Shown piece after piece: positions 1 to 10,320 of a stretch of 64,000 bases of DNA. The notes below the pieces were generated by a model. That model saw only the letters and a program-made list of their open reading frames with translations, searched no databases and was not told the origin of the DNA. Both the position numbers and the translations under genes were made by a program. Source of the DNA: Thermoproteota archaeon (GTDB lineage: Archaea; Korarchaeota; JAOZGF01; JAOZFZ01); the NCBI GenBank assembly GCA_027492035.1, contig JAOZFT010000007.1, positions 1-64,000 on the forward strand. Reading direction: 5' to 3'. Within the stretch, counting starts at the first letter, position 1. Each line of letters opens with the position of its first letter.

Positions 1-1173
1 TTAAAATTTGTCCCTGACAACCTTAACGAATACATTATGGACTACAGTAAACTTTACAAGTCTATTTTAAGGACAAGAGATCTAGAGGGGCACCTGCCTT
101 ACAGTGACTGGTTTAAACATCCCTTAACTGCTGTTTTTACATTGAAAGGGTGTCCTTTTAACTGTGTAACTTGTGGAGGATCCAGTTACTCCTTTAAAAA
201 CTTTTACTGTAGAAAGAAACCTGTTTTTAAAACAGCTGAACAATTGTTTAAAGAAATTAAAATAATAAGTGACTACACAGATTCCCCTATTTTTGTAGTT
301 GGGGATATAAGATTAGCAGGTGAAGAAAGACTTAACAAATTCCTTAAACTCATAAAATCAGAAAAAATAAATAATCTCCTAGTTTACGAACTTTTCTATC
401 CAGCCTCTGAAAAATTCATAAAGGAAATAACCAAAGCTTCTGAAGTTGGAATAGAGATAAGTCCTGAAAGCCACGAAGACAAAGTCAGGTTAAGTCAAGG
501 AAGAAATTACACAACCAAAGAACTTAAAAAATGCATAAAAAAGGCTTTAGAATCTGATGTAAAAAAATTCGACATTTTCTTCATGGCAGGATTGCCTCAG
601 CAAACAATTGATTCAGTTAAAGAAACGGTTTACTTCATTGAAAAATTAATCAAAGAAAATAAGGGTGATGAGAGAATTCACCCTTTCCTAGCTCCTCTTG
701 CCCCTTTCCTAGATCCTGGGAGCTTGGCTTTTGAAAACCCTCAAAAATACGGGTATAAAAGATTTTGTACAACATTGGAAGACCATGTAGAAGCTTTGCT
801 TAAGCCAAGCTGGAAATATTTCCTAAATTACGAAACGAAATGGATGTCAAGGAACGAAATAGTTGAGGCAACCTATGAAAGTGCATACCTTCTTAATGAA
901 GTAAAGTTAAAACATGGTTTAATAACCGAAAAAGAAGCTAGAGAGGTAGAGGATAGAATAAATCTATCCTACCAAATAATACGGGAAGTTGATAACATAC
1001 TCAAGGAAGGTGATTTAGAGAACCAGAAAGAGAAGTTGTCAACTTTATATGCAGAAATAAAAACAGATGAAGTAATTTGTCAAAAAGATGAACTTTGGCC
1101 TGACTACGTTTCCACAACCCAGCTGAAAATAGCTGCAGCTTTCATCAGGAAAAAATTAAAAGAAATACTTTAA
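1..1173 (+). CDS. Radical SAM protein, probably B12-binding/radical SAM family (TIGR04190-like); 5' truncated by window edge
   Basis: CxxxCxxC motif GCPFNCVTCGGS. The frame is open from base 1 (LKFVPDNLNEYIMDY...), so the true start lies upstream of the window. Confidence 0.8.
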   Translation, partial: LKFVPDNLNEYIMDYSKLYKSILRTRDLEGHLPYSDWFKHPLTAVFTLKGCPFNCVTCGGSSYSFKNFYCRKKPVFKTAEQLFKEIKIISDYTDSPIFVVGDIRLAGEERLNKFLKLIKSEKINNLLVYELFYPASEKFIKEITKASEVGIEISPESHEDKVRLSQGRNYTTKELKKCIKKALESDVKKFDIFFMAGLPQQTIDSVKETVYFIEKLIKENKGDERIHPFLAPLAPFLDPGSLAFENPQKYGYKRFCTTLEDHVEALLKPSWKYFLNYETKWMSRNEIVEATYESAYLLNEVKLKHGLITEKEAREVEDRINLSYQIIREVDNILKEGDLENQKEKLSTLYAEIKTDEVICQKDELWPDYVSTTQLKIAAAFIRKKLKEIL

Positions 1174-1203
1174 GTGAAAACCTTTTGCAAAATTTTTGAG
1201 TTT

Positions 1204-1428
1204 TTAATGCATGGCTTTCCTTAACTTGAAAGGGTCGCAAGTATGGATTTCTTTCAACTTGTTAGATACGGTGAAAAGTAAATTTTCAATTTCATCTACA
1301 AATTTTTCATCTTTTAATTTTAGATACGTTCTCTCCATTTCCTCCTTAATTCGCGAAAGTTCTTCTTCATCTGTGGAAGAAAAAACTTTCTCCTTCCATA
1401 GCCTAATTTTATTCTCCATTTCCTCCAT
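1204..1428 (-). CDS. Small helical hypothetical protein (74 aa)
   Basis: E/K-rich ORF with a GAGG element shortly upstream of the ATG; no recognisable motif. Confidence 0.55.
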   Translation of the reverse strand: MEEMENKIRLWKEKVFSSTDEEELSRIKEEMERTYLKLKDEKFVDEIENLLFTVSNKLKEIHTCDPFKLRKAMH

Positions 1429-1737
1429 TTCGTCAGCCTCAAGGGTTTATTTAATAAACACTTTTATTTTAAAAATACACCCTCTGTCAAAAATGAAGCA
1501 ACACAGGTTACGTTGCTAGGCTGTTTAAGCAGGAAAACATGAGTTTGTATTCATAAACTTTTCTCATCATCCCTTCAGTTAAGTTAATGATTATAATAAG
1601 GTACTTTAACGACCATGCAACCATTTGTCTGGAAATTTAAAGGTAGTTGATGTTTCTCTGTTAACATTTTAACATGTAATGTAACCTTATGGATTTCCTT
1701 AGGGTAAAGGTTTATACTGCTTTTTAAAATAAGTGAG

Positions 1738-2184
1738 TCAAAATTTAAGTTGACGTGGATCTGATCATCTTATTCCTTTGACTGAACCATAAACTTTACC
1801 TGTTGAGACTATTATATGACCAGGGACACTGACACTTAAAGCTGAGCTGCATATATTGCATCAAAGATCGATGAAAAACCGTAGACATCTATGATATTGA
1901 GGGTAGTTAGGTAAATCATAGAATCAGGTTTAATGAATTTTATGTGTTTAATTGTAGCTATTTTAGCTTCATTAATTATGATAGTGTGTATTGGGACATA
2001 ATCTGAGAAAACATAATTATATTTCATGGAAAATCTCGGTAGAAGCATGCGTAGGAGGCAACCTTCCGTTTTCAACGGCTTCAATTATTGCTGTAGCTGT
2101 ATCCTTCAGCCAATCTTCTTTCTTTATATAAGCAATGAAAATATCAGATTCAAGCAGCAATTCATCCACCTGCAGCTGCGCCAT
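1738..2184 (-). pseudogene. vapC: Disrupted PIN-domain (VapC-type) toxin
   Basis: Manual translation gives LLLESDIFIAYIKKEDWLK...STEIFHEI, a +1 shift with TAA at 2019-2017, then YVFSDY...SIFDAIYAA, a -1 shift near 1845, then ALSVSVPGHIIVSTGKVYGSVKGIR*SDPRQLKF with an in-frame TGA at 1767-1765. PIN motifs are recognisable throughout. Confidence 0.8.
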
Positions 2185-2398
2185 GTTTCCTTATTTTTGC
2201 AATTGCCTCTTGTTTAGCCTTTTTCTCAGCTCTTTCTTTCAGTTTTTCCTTTGAAACAGGGACTTTCACCTCAATTATCTTCTCCGGAATAGGTATTAAC
2301 AAAAAAGAAGTGCCGAAGGGAATCATTATAGCCTTCCTTCCTTTAAATGTTATTTCCTTCGGGATGTAGATCCTCCTTTGTGAGTCTATTTTTACCAC
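2162..2398 (-). CDS. AbrB/MazE-fold (VapB-type) antitoxin
   Basis: N-terminal VKIDSQRRIYIPKEI matches the swapped-hairpin AbrB signature; lies directly upstream of and overlaps the PIN pseudogene. Confidence 0.75.
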   Translation of the reverse strand: MVKIDSQRRIYIPKEITFKGRKAIMIPFGTSFLLIPIPEKIIEVKVPVSKEKLKERAEKKAKQEAIAKIRKHGAAAGG

Positions 2399-2583
2399 AG
2401 CCGATTTTTTATCAAAATAAAGATATTTTTGGGTAATATATAAAACTTTTTGGAAAACTCAAAAACTAGTGATTACTGTAAAGCATTGTAAATATTTAAG
2501 GGATCTGAAGTTGGGTCCTAAATAAGATTATATTGATTCAAAAAAAGGAGGAAAGGAAAGGTTTTTGTATAGGTTTAAGTTGT

Positions 2584-4251
2584 TCAGGTTGCTCTTTTCC
2601 TTAATTCCTCTTCTTTTAGTACTCTTCTCAAAACTTTACCAACCATAGATTTCGGAAGTTCTTCTCTGAACTCTATCTCTGTGGGTACTTTAAAAACTGC
2701 CATGTTTTCTCTGCAGTGTTTCTTTATGTCGTCAGCTGTTACTTTCCCTTTGTATGCCTCTTTTAAGACAATGAATGCTTTAACTGTTTCTCCACGGTAA
2801 GGGTGAGGGACACCTATCACTGCTGCTTCTTTCACAGCTGGATGCATATAAAGTACTTCTTCAACTTCTCTGGGCCAAACTTTTAACCCTGAAGCATCTA
2901 TCATGTCTTTCTTTCTGTCAACAATATAAAAATAGCCATCTTCATCAACTTTAGCAATGTCCCCTGTTAAAAGCCAACCATCCCTCAGGGCCTTTGCAGT
3001 TTCCTCAGGTTTGTTCCAGTAACCTTTCATTACTTGAGGGCCCTTAACAGCTAATTCTCCAACTTCACCAGGGGGCAATGTTTTCGTCCCTGTCTCTAAA
3101 TCAACGATTTTTGCATCTGTGTCAGGGAAAGGAATGCCGATGGAACCAGGCTTAACCTTTTTCATGTCATCTAATGGGTTACAGTGAGTCACGGGGCTTG
3201 CTTCAGTCAATCCATAACCTTCAACCAAGTTTCCTTTTGTTATTTCATTGAATTTATGCATAACAGCTTCTGGTAGGGGAGCAGCGCCTGAAATGCATCT
3301 CCTTATAGAAGTTAAATCGTACTTGGTTAATTCAGGTGAATTTAGGAGGGCGATGTAGATAGTTGGCACTCCAGGAAAAATTGTTACTTTATATTTTTCG
3401 ATTGCCTTGAGTACTGTCTTCACTTCAAACCTTGGATAAAGAATTTGAGTGGCTCCAGCCAGTATCCCTGTGTTCATGTCTACTGTTAACCCGTAAACAT
3501 GGAAAAAGGGAAGAACAGAAAGAATTATGTCATTTTCCTTAACAGGCATCCAGTTTTTGGCTTGGTAAGCATTGGTTAAAAGGTTGAAATGAGTCAACAT
3601 AGCCCCTTTAGGTATTCCAGTTGTCCCTCCAGTATAGAGAAGAATAGCTATGTCTTCTTTAGGTTTAATTTTTACTTCAGGTGATTTTGGTGGATATTTC
3701 CTCAGTAATTCTATGAAATCAATTGTTCCTGGGTGATGAATTTTCTTTATCCCCTTGAAAGAAGCCAAGAAACCTATTAAACTGGGCATGTAATCCTTTA
3801 AACTCGTAGTTATTACTTTTTCAACCTTTGTTTTCCCTCTTATTTTTTCAAAGTTTTTGTAAAGCATGTCTAAAGCAACAATAACACTTGCCTCTGAGTC
3901 AGTTAACAAATACTCAAGCTCTCTAGCTTTGTACATGGGGTTACATAAAGTTATGTGCGCCCCTGTTTTTAGGGCACCGAAGAAAGCAATAACAAATTGG
4001 GGCATGTTAGGCAAGTAAACAGCTACACAATCCCCCTTCCCTACTCCCATGTCAGTAAGAGCAGCTGCAAATTTGTCAGAAGCTATTTCTAACTGTTTAA
4101 AAGTTAACTTTTTCCCATAAAAAACCAAGGCTGTTTTATTCGGAAACTTGGAAGCAGAGTTATCAAGAATATGGAACAAAGGAACTTCAGGGTAATCTAT
4201 TGACTTCGGGGTTTCAGCAGGCCAAAATTTAAACCAGGGTTTCTCTTCCAT
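2584..4251 (-). CDS. Long-chain-fatty-acid--CoA ligase (AMP-binding family)
   Basis: YTGGTTGIPKG AMP-binding loop, EGYGLTE, TGD, and C-terminal PKSMVGK. Confidence 0.93.
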   Translation of the reverse strand: MEEKPWFKFWPAETPKSIDYPEVPLFHILDNSASKFPNKTALVFYGKKLTFKQLEIASDKFAAALTDMGVGKGDCVAVYLPNMPQFVIAFFGALKTGAHITLCNPMYKARELEYLLTDSEASVIVALDMLYKNFEKIRGKTKVEKVITTSLKDYMPSLIGFLASFKGIKKIHHPGTIDFIELLRKYPPKSPEVKIKPKEDIAILLYTGGTTGIPKGAMLTHFNLLTNAYQAKNWMPVKENDIILSVLPFFHVYGLTVDMNTGILAGATQILYPRFEVKTVLKAIEKYKVTIFPGVPTIYIALLNSPELTKYDLTSIRRCISGAAPLPEAVMHKFNEITKGNLVEGYGLTEASPVTHCNPLDDMKKVKPGSIGIPFPDTDAKIVDLETGTKTLPPGEVGELAVKGPQVMKGYWNKPEETAKALRDGWLLTGDIAKVDEDGYFYIVDRKKDMIDASGLKVWPREVEEVLYMHPAVKEAAVIGVPHPYRGETVKAFIVLKEAYKGKVTADDIKKHCRENMAVFKVPTEIEFREELPKSMVGKVLRRVLKEEELRKRAT

Positions 4252-4472
4252 AGAAGCATCTCCCTTAAAAAGGTTTCAAATAAAAGTTAAAAAGATAAAT
4301 TATTCTTTAAAAATATTTAAGCTATTTTGCAGCTTAAGAATGGGAAGGTTTAAAGGGAGGCGTGAATATTAAAAAAGAGCTCTGGTTCAAAGTCTCTATG
4401 TCCTTGCAAAAACCTTTACAAATAGTAAAAAATCCTATTTATACCTTTCAAAAATGAATAAATTTTTAATTG

Positions 4473-4489
4473 AAAAAAGACTCTTTTTT
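4473..4489. promoter_or_regulatory. AT-rich palindrome in the ligase/Lrp divergent promoter (possible operator)
   Basis: AAAAAAGA-C-TCTTTTTT about 50 nt upstream of the Lrp start; low complexity, so it may be chance. Confidence 0.25.
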
Positions 4490-4536
4490 TGAAGTATCTC
4501 TCATTCACTGTAAAAATTATTTAAGGAGGGGAAGCA

Positions 4537-4995
4537 ATGGATTATAAACTAGATGAACTGGATAAAAAAATTTTGAGAATGCTTGAAAAGGATTGTAGAA
4601 CTCCCTTAGAGGAAATAGCTAAAGAAATAGGTACTTCTAAATCCACAGTATATTACAGAGTAAAAAAACTAGAAAGCCAAGGGGTTATCAAAGGATGCTT
4701 CGCGTTTTTAGATGCTGAAAAAGTAAACAGAGACTATGTCACAATAACCTTCATAAGAGCCAAGTACGGCCCCGGCTATCATGAGAAGGTTGGTAAAAAA
4801 CTATCAGAAATAGAAGGAGTATGGGCTGTGTATTACATTTTCGGAGAAATTGATTTCATAATTTTAATGAGGTCAAATAACAGGGAAGACTACTTAAAGA
4901 AACTGGAGAAAATAATGAACATGAAGGAAATAGAAAGGACAAGCACTCAAATAGTAGCAAAAACCTACAAAGAAGATCCAAGAGTAGAGCTCTAA
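4537..4995 (+). CDS. Lrp/AsnC family transcriptional regulator
   Basis: LDELDKKILRMLEKDCR...IAKEIGTSKSTVYYRVKKLE HTH plus C-terminal RAM domain; GGAGG RBS. Confidence 0.93.
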   Translation: MDYKLDELDKKILRMLEKDCRTPLEEIAKEIGTSKSTVYYRVKKLESQGVIKGCFAFLDAEKVNRDYVTITFIRAKYGPGYHEKVGKKLSEIEGVWAVYYIFGEIDFIILMRSNNREDYLKKLEKIMNMKEIERTSTQIVAKTYKEDPRVEL

Positions 4996-5482
4996 ACTCA
5001 AAAAACTAAGTAAGCGATACAAAAGCTCAATATTTGTTCAAACTGGAAGTTGATTTTCTATTTTCTAGAAAAATTTACAGGTTTAACAATTCTGGGGGGG
5101 CATGAAGAAAACAATTAAAAGAGAAACTAGACAGAAAAGATTTACCCTCAAAGAGTAATACTTTCTTAAGAATAAGGAAAGGCTTTTTATTAAAATAGAA
5201 GCAGTTAAATTCCATATTAAAAAATAAAAAATGCAGTAGTCTATTTTATAGAAAAATACAAGAGAGAGAACGGAAAAGTTTAGAGTTGCGAATATAAGGA
5301 ACATTTAGTGAAACTTCAAGAATAATTAAGAGGGTTGATTTCCGAAAAACACCTCCTCTAACCAGGCTACTTCTTTGCACGTGTCTCTTCCCTTCTTTTC
5401 TAAAAATTTTTAAACGGTGACTTTACTTACTACATACTTTTCCTAAAAAATTTTTAGGGGGACTAAAAGGTAAAATAAAAAC

Positions 5483-7162
5483 TTGGTGGGTCGAATGAAA
5501 AAATTCAGGAGTGTGATTGTCCGTGAAGGAGTTGAGAAAGCCCCCCACAGGTCTCTTTTTAAGGCAGTGGGGTTGTCAGAGGAAGATCTAAACAAGCCTT
5601 TGATAGCAGTGGTTAATTCTTGGAATGAAATAGTGCCTGGGCATATTCATTTAGACAAAATTGCGAGTTTTGTGAAAAAGGGAATTAAAGAAGCTGGAGG
5701 AACCCCTTTAGAGTTTAACACAATAGCTATTTGTGACGGAATAGCCATGGGGCATAAAGGAATGCTTTATTCCCTCCCCAGTAGAGAATTAATTGCCGCT
5801 TCTGTTGAATCAATGATTCAGGCCCACATGTTCGATGCAATGGTTTTAATTGCTTCTTGCGACAAAATCTTGCCAGGAATGATGATGGCAGCAGCGAGAA
5901 TTAACATTCCCACTGTTTTCGTTACAGGTGGAAACATGCTTCCAGGCATCTATAAAGGAGAAAAAGTAGGTGTAAGCAGTGTTTTTGAGGCTGTGAGCCT
6001 AGTTAAAGCAGGTAAAATGTCTCTAAATGAAATCAAAGAACTTGAGAGTTTTGCTTGTCCAGGAGCTGGTTCTTGTTCAGGTATGTACACTGCTAACACA
6101 GTTTCATGTTTAATAGAAGCTTTAGGAATGTCTCTACCATACTGCGGCGCAACTCCTGCAGTTAATGCTTTAAAATACAGGTTGGCGGAGGAAAGTGGAA
6201 GAAAAGTGGTTGAACTTTTAGAAAGAAACATTAAACCCTCCGATATCTTAACAGACGAGGCTTTTGAAAATGCAGTAAGGGTTGACATGGCCCTGGGAGG
6301 ATCCACAAACTCTGTTTTGCATTTAATGGCAATAGCTCACGAAACCGGTGTGAAACTGCCTCTTGAAAAATTTGATGAATTAAGCAGAGAAACACCTCAC
6401 CTTTGCAACATGAACCCTGCAGGCCCCTATTTCTTGTCTGATTTGTTTGAAGCCGGAGGCGTACCTGCGTTAATGAAGGAGCTTAAACCTTTACTTAACT
6501 TGAATGTTTTAACAGTCACCGGCAAAACCCTGAAAGAAAACATTGAAAAAGCCAAAGTACTTAACAGAGGCGTCATAAAACCCTTAAACAACCCTTTGCA
6601 TAAAGAAGGCGGAATAGCTATTTTAAAAGGCAACTTAGCCCCTGAAGGAGCGGTTGTGAAACAATCAGCAGTTGATGCTTCAATGCTTAAATTTGTAGGG
6701 GAAGCTAAAGTTTTTAATAGTGAAGAAGAAGCTGTGGAGGCTGTGCTGAACAAAAAGGTGGAAAGCGGCCAAGTTGTTGTAATAAGATTTGAAGGACCCA
6801 AGGGAGGGCCTGGGATGCGTGAAATGTTGACAGTAACTTCTGCAATCATAGGGATGGGTCTAAGTAAATCTGTAGCCTTAATTACAGATGGAAGATTTTC
6901 AGGAGCTACTAGAGGACCTGCGATTGGCCATGTTTCACCTGAAGCCGCTGAAGGTGGTCCTATAGCATTAGTTGAGGACGGGGATAAAATAAAAATAGAC
7001 ATTCCTAAAAGGACACTTACTCTCGCTGTAGAAGAAAAGGTTTTAAAGGAGAGATTGAATGGGTGGAAACCTCCAAAACCCAAAGTAAGAAGAGGATATC
7101 TTTACTGGTATTCAAAAATTGCTGGTTCAGCTTCTAAAGGGGCTATTTGGAAAAAAATTTAA
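5483..7162 (+). CDS. ilvD: Dihydroxy-acid dehydratase
   Basis: [45 protein letters not shown]. Confidence 0.96.
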   Translation: MVGRMKKFRSVIVREGVEKAPHRSLFKAVGLSEEDLNKPLIAVVNSWNEIVPGHIHLDKIASFVKKGIKEAGGTPLEFNTIAICDGIAMGHKGMLYSLPSRELIAASVESMIQAHMFDAMVLIASCDKILPGMMMAAARINIPTVFVTGGNMLPGIYKGEKVGVSSVFEAVSLVKAGKMSLNEIKELESFACPGAGSCSGMYTANTVSCLIEALGMSLPYCGATPAVNALKYRLAEESGRKVVELLERNIKPSDILTDEAFENAVRVDMALGGSTNSVLHLMAIAHETGVKLPLEKFDELSRETPHLCNMNPAGPYFLSDLFEAGGVPALMKELKPLLNLNVLTVTGKTLKENIEKAKVLNRGVIKPLNNPLHKEGGIAILKGNLAPEGAVVKQSAVDASMLKFVGEAKVFNSEEEAVEAVLNKKVESGQVVVIRFEGPKGGPGMREMLTVTSAIIGMGLSKSVALITDGRFSGATRGPAIGHVSPEAAEGGPIALVEDGDKIKIDIPKRTLTLAVEEKVLKERLNGWKPPKPKVRRGYLYWYSKIAGSASKGAIWKKI

Positions 7163-7442
7163 AGAAAGAGGAATGGGTCATTTGGTAAACTTTAACATCC
7201 AAACTTTTAGAGAAACCCTTGTAAAGATTGCCTCTATACCTCTAATAACTCTTTAAAATTGCTGCAACTTTAGTTACAACCCTCATAAACATGTACTTTC
7301 TCTATGTTTTTTAAAAAGTTCTTTGAAGCATCGTTAAAAATATACCCTTTTACACATAAATCTTGCTATGCATTTTAACTCTGTCTCCGCCGGAATATTT
7401 AAACAAGAAAAACGTTTCTATGAGGGGGAAAGGGGTGAATTT

Positions 7443-8267
7443 TTGCTAAGTTCAAGTTCTAAAATTAATCTTTTGAAAAATTTCATCCATGAAAAAGGGA
7501 GAAACGGTGTAGTTATTGCTTTTTCAGGAGGAGTGGATAGCTCCACCCTCGCTAAATTATCTTACGATGTGTTAAAAGAAAAAGCTGTTGCAGTAACAAT
7601 TGATTCCCCCGTTTATTCAAGGCATGAAATTTCACAAGCTGTGAAAATAGCTAAACAAATAGGTATAAAACATTACTTGGTTAAAGCAAATGAACTAGAA
7701 GACAAAAATTTTGTTTTAAATAATTTAAACAGGTGCTACATCTGCAAGAAGAACTTGATTTTTCAATTGAAAAAATTTGCTGCAAAAATAAATTTCAAAG
7801 TAATTTTTGAAGGTACAAACGCTAGTGAACTAAAGGGACATAGGCCAGGATATAGGGCTGTCCAGGAAGAGAGGGGAGTATATAGTCCATGGGCAGAATT
7901 CAACTTCACCAAAGAAGAAATAAGGGAAATAGCTAAAAGACTGAAACTTGCAAATTACTCTAAGCCTCCAAATGCATGTTTAGCTTCAAGGATACCTTTT
8001 GGTCAAAAAATAACTTTAGAAAAGCTTAAAAGAATTGAAGAAGCAGAAAACTACATCAAAAAACTTACAAAAGTTAAATTGGTTAGAGTCAGGGACCATA
8101 ATGGCTTAGCAAGAATAGAAGTAGGTAAAAACGAAAAAACAAAGCTTTTAGATCCAGAAATTATAGAAAAGATAAATTGGAAACTGAAACAAGTAGGGTT
8201 CAAATTTGTTACTTTAGATCTAGAGGGTTACCGGACTGGAAGCTTATTGGAGGGAAGAGATAAATAA
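7443..8267 (+). CDS. larE: LarE-family ATP-dependent sulfur transferase (TIGR00268)
   Basis: PP-loop SGGVDS, RCYICK, RPG, ACLASRIP, VRVRDH, GYRTGS. TTG 7443 follows GGGGTGA and is the likely start (track start 7368). Confidence 0.9.
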   Translation: MLSSSSKINLLKNFIHEKGRNGVVIAFSGGVDSSTLAKLSYDVLKEKAVAVTIDSPVYSRHEISQAVKIAKQIGIKHYLVKANELEDKNFVLNNLNRCYICKKNLIFQLKKFAAKINFKVIFEGTNASELKGHRPGYRAVQEERGVYSPWAEFNFTKEEIREIAKRLKLANYSKPPNACLASRIPFGQKITLEKLKRIEEAENYIKKLTKVKLVRVRDHNGLARIEVGKNEKTKLLDPEIIEKINWKLKQVGFKFVTLDLEGYRTGSLLEGRDK

Positions 8268-8433
8268 GAATGTATTCTTAAACTTTTCAAGTGTTTCCTG
8301 AAAAGAAAAACATCACTTGTTAATAATTTAAATTTTAGTTTTTCTCAAAATATTTTTCACAGAAAACTTTGAAGGTGGTTTGTTTTTAAAAGGTAACGTT
8401 TCTGGATTAATTAATCAAAATAAGGGGTGGGAT

Positions 8434-8679
8434 ATGATTGAAACAGTCCTTTTCGTTTTAGGTTTCTTGCTTATATTCATAGGTACAATTGTGATTCTGA
8501 TTTCTCTACTTTCTGGAAGCTGGAAAATCGGGGGAAAAGGGAAAGTGAAAGGAGGGGGGGTGGTTCTTATAGGTCCTATCCCAATTATTTTTGGAGACAA
8601 AGAAAGCTTGAAATTGGTTATTGTGTTAGCTTTCATCTTAACAATTACTCTTTTCCTTTTTTACCTCTGGTCGAGGTGA
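8434..8679 (+). CDS. DUF131 (TIGR00304) small membrane protein
   Basis: GGGVVLIGPIPIIFG signature between two TM segments; ATG 8434 follows GGGGTGG. Confidence 0.85.
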   Translation: MIETVLFVLGFLLIFIGTIVILISLLSGSWKIGGKGKVKGGGVVLIGPIPIIFGDKESLKLVIVLAFILTITLFLFYLWSR

Positions 8680-9125
8680 AAAACTTGCCCGTGACCTACT
8701 GCGAAATCTGTGGAAAATATCCAGCTAAATATGTCTGCCAAAACTGCGGAGCCAGAGTTTGCACATTCGATTTCAATAAAGAGACAGGCTTATGCAGTAA
8801 ATGTTTAAAAGAAGTGAAACTAAAGGAGAAACCGATTTCCTTAAACCAAGCCCCCTTTTTTACTTTTAACAAAGGGTTTATGCTAGGTTTTACTCTAGTA
8901 TTTATAGGTTTCATCTTGATCATGTTTTCTTTCCTCTTTACAAGCCTTAAACTGTCTGTTAACAAAACAGGTGAAGTAGGAATATTTATCTTCCCCTTTT
9001 TCTTTTTTACAGGCACTAAAGGACCTTTAACTACTTTACTCCTTATACTAACTCTGGCACTCTTCCTGGTTTTTCTAATTATCCCTTTCGTACTTTTTTA
9101 CCGTTCTTATCTAGGGAAAAACTAA
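8676..9125 (+). CDS. Zn-finger plus membrane-hairpin protein
   Basis: CEICG...CQNCG...C...CSKC followed by two hydrophobic helices; GTGA overlap with the DUF131 gene. Confidence 0.75.
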   Translation: MKNLPVTYCEICGKYPAKYVCQNCGARVCTFDFNKETGLCSKCLKEVKLKEKPISLNQAPFFTFNKGFMLGFTLVFIGFILIMFSFLFTSLKLSVNKTGEVGIFIFPFFFFTGTKGPLTTLLLILTLALFLVFLIIPFVLFYRSYLGKN

Positions 9126-9164
9126 ACTGTCAAGTAAACAACTTAAGCCTTCTTAGTTAAAGAG

Positions 9165-10154
9165 TTAAGGTAAATGAAAGAGGCCTATAACAAAATAAAA
9201 AAGGCAGGAAAGGAAAGAAGAACATGGAAAAGTTACTATCCAACTGAAAAAGATCCGTTTCAGAGTTTCTACATTAACCCAAATCCTTTTAATGAAACCA
9301 ACTCCAGCTATTGAACTAATCAACACGTGTGTACCTGACAGAGGCAAACCTAAAGATGTTCCAACTGCAAGGGTTAAAGCAACAGTTAATTGGATTGTGA
9401 AAGACATTGAAGGATTTAATTCAATTAGGGACTTGCCAACTTTCCCGACTAAGTTACGTCCTGTAAAAAATAATCCGGTAGCAATCCCAACACCCACTAT
9501 GAAACGTGCAATGAAAAGGTCACCACATAACAGCCCTAGAAAAGCCGTAGCATTTGCTGCGTCATTACCTCCCTTGAAAAAAGCAGTTACAATAGATGAA
9601 ATAAGTAGAAGCAAAGCTGAAATCTTTGTAACTTTTAACCTTACAAATAAACCTGTAACCCTCTCCAAAACAATTTTTTCAAAAATTTTATAAACTACAA
9701 TGGCCCCAAGAAAACCTGAAACGATTGAGGCTGCCCATCCAGCAATTACAAATGTTAAAGGCGTCCACGCTACTCCTTTAAAACCGTATTTCACCAAACC
9801 TAAACCTAAAACTGCCCCTATAGTTGCATGAGTAGTTGAGACAGGCCATTTCTTTTTTGAGGAAAAGAAAAGCCAAGTAGCAACTGAGAAAAAAAGTATG
9901 AATACATCAAATAACTCTATCCTTCCTGCAACCAAGTTTTCTCCAATTGTTTTCTCTACTTTTCCAGAATAAAAAAGGGCCCCTAAAAAATCCATTAATG
10001 CACCAAGTAACACTGTTAAGTTAAGAGTGAAGAAACCGCTCCCGAACAATGGAGACATTGTTTCATCATTTGAACCTATAGAGAAAGCAATGTAAAAAGC
10101 AATTACAGAGCTGAAAACAGTTAAAAATTGCAAAAATAACACCTTTCCCGTCAA
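9165..10154 (-). CDS. Inorganic phosphate transporter (PiT family)
   Basis: GSND and GGNDAAN repeats, PVSTTHA and PLSGTH motifs. Confidence 0.9.
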   Translation of the reverse strand: MTGKVLFLQFLTVFSSVIAFYIAFSIGSNDETMSPLFGSGFFTLNLTVLLGALMDFLGALFYSGKVEKTIGENLVAGRIELFDVFILFFSVATWLFFSSKKKWPVSTTHATIGAVLGLGLVKYGFKGVAWTPLTFVIAGWAASIVSGFLGAIVVYKIFEKIVLERVTGLFVRLKVTKISALLLLISSIVTAFFKGGNDAANATAFLGLLCGDLFIARFIVGVGIATGLFFTGRNLVGKVGKSLIELNPSMSFTIQLTVALTLAVGTSLGLPLSGTHVLISSIAGVGFIKRIWVNVETLKRIFFSWIVTFPCSSFLSCLFYFVIGLFHLP

Positions 10155-10320
10155 AACTGCGAAAATGTTTCAGGTTTCCTATTTAAAAAGCTTTACAGGT
10201 TTTTCTTTAAATAAACTGGACTAAACCATTGACATGGTGAAAAGCAACATTTAAAAAAGGACACTATTTCCCTTTTTACGAAATTCATGGGTTTCAGATT
10301 AAAAATAATGTTGGTGAATA

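Noticed and set aside
1836-2084. 82-aa ORF treated as an intact gene
   Set aside because: It is the middle frame of the frameshifted PIN pseudogene with a spurious N-terminus.
5083-5304. 73-aa hydrophobic ORF on the minus strand
   Set aside because: Low-complexity F/L/I composition arising from an A-rich intergenic tract; no RBS or motif.
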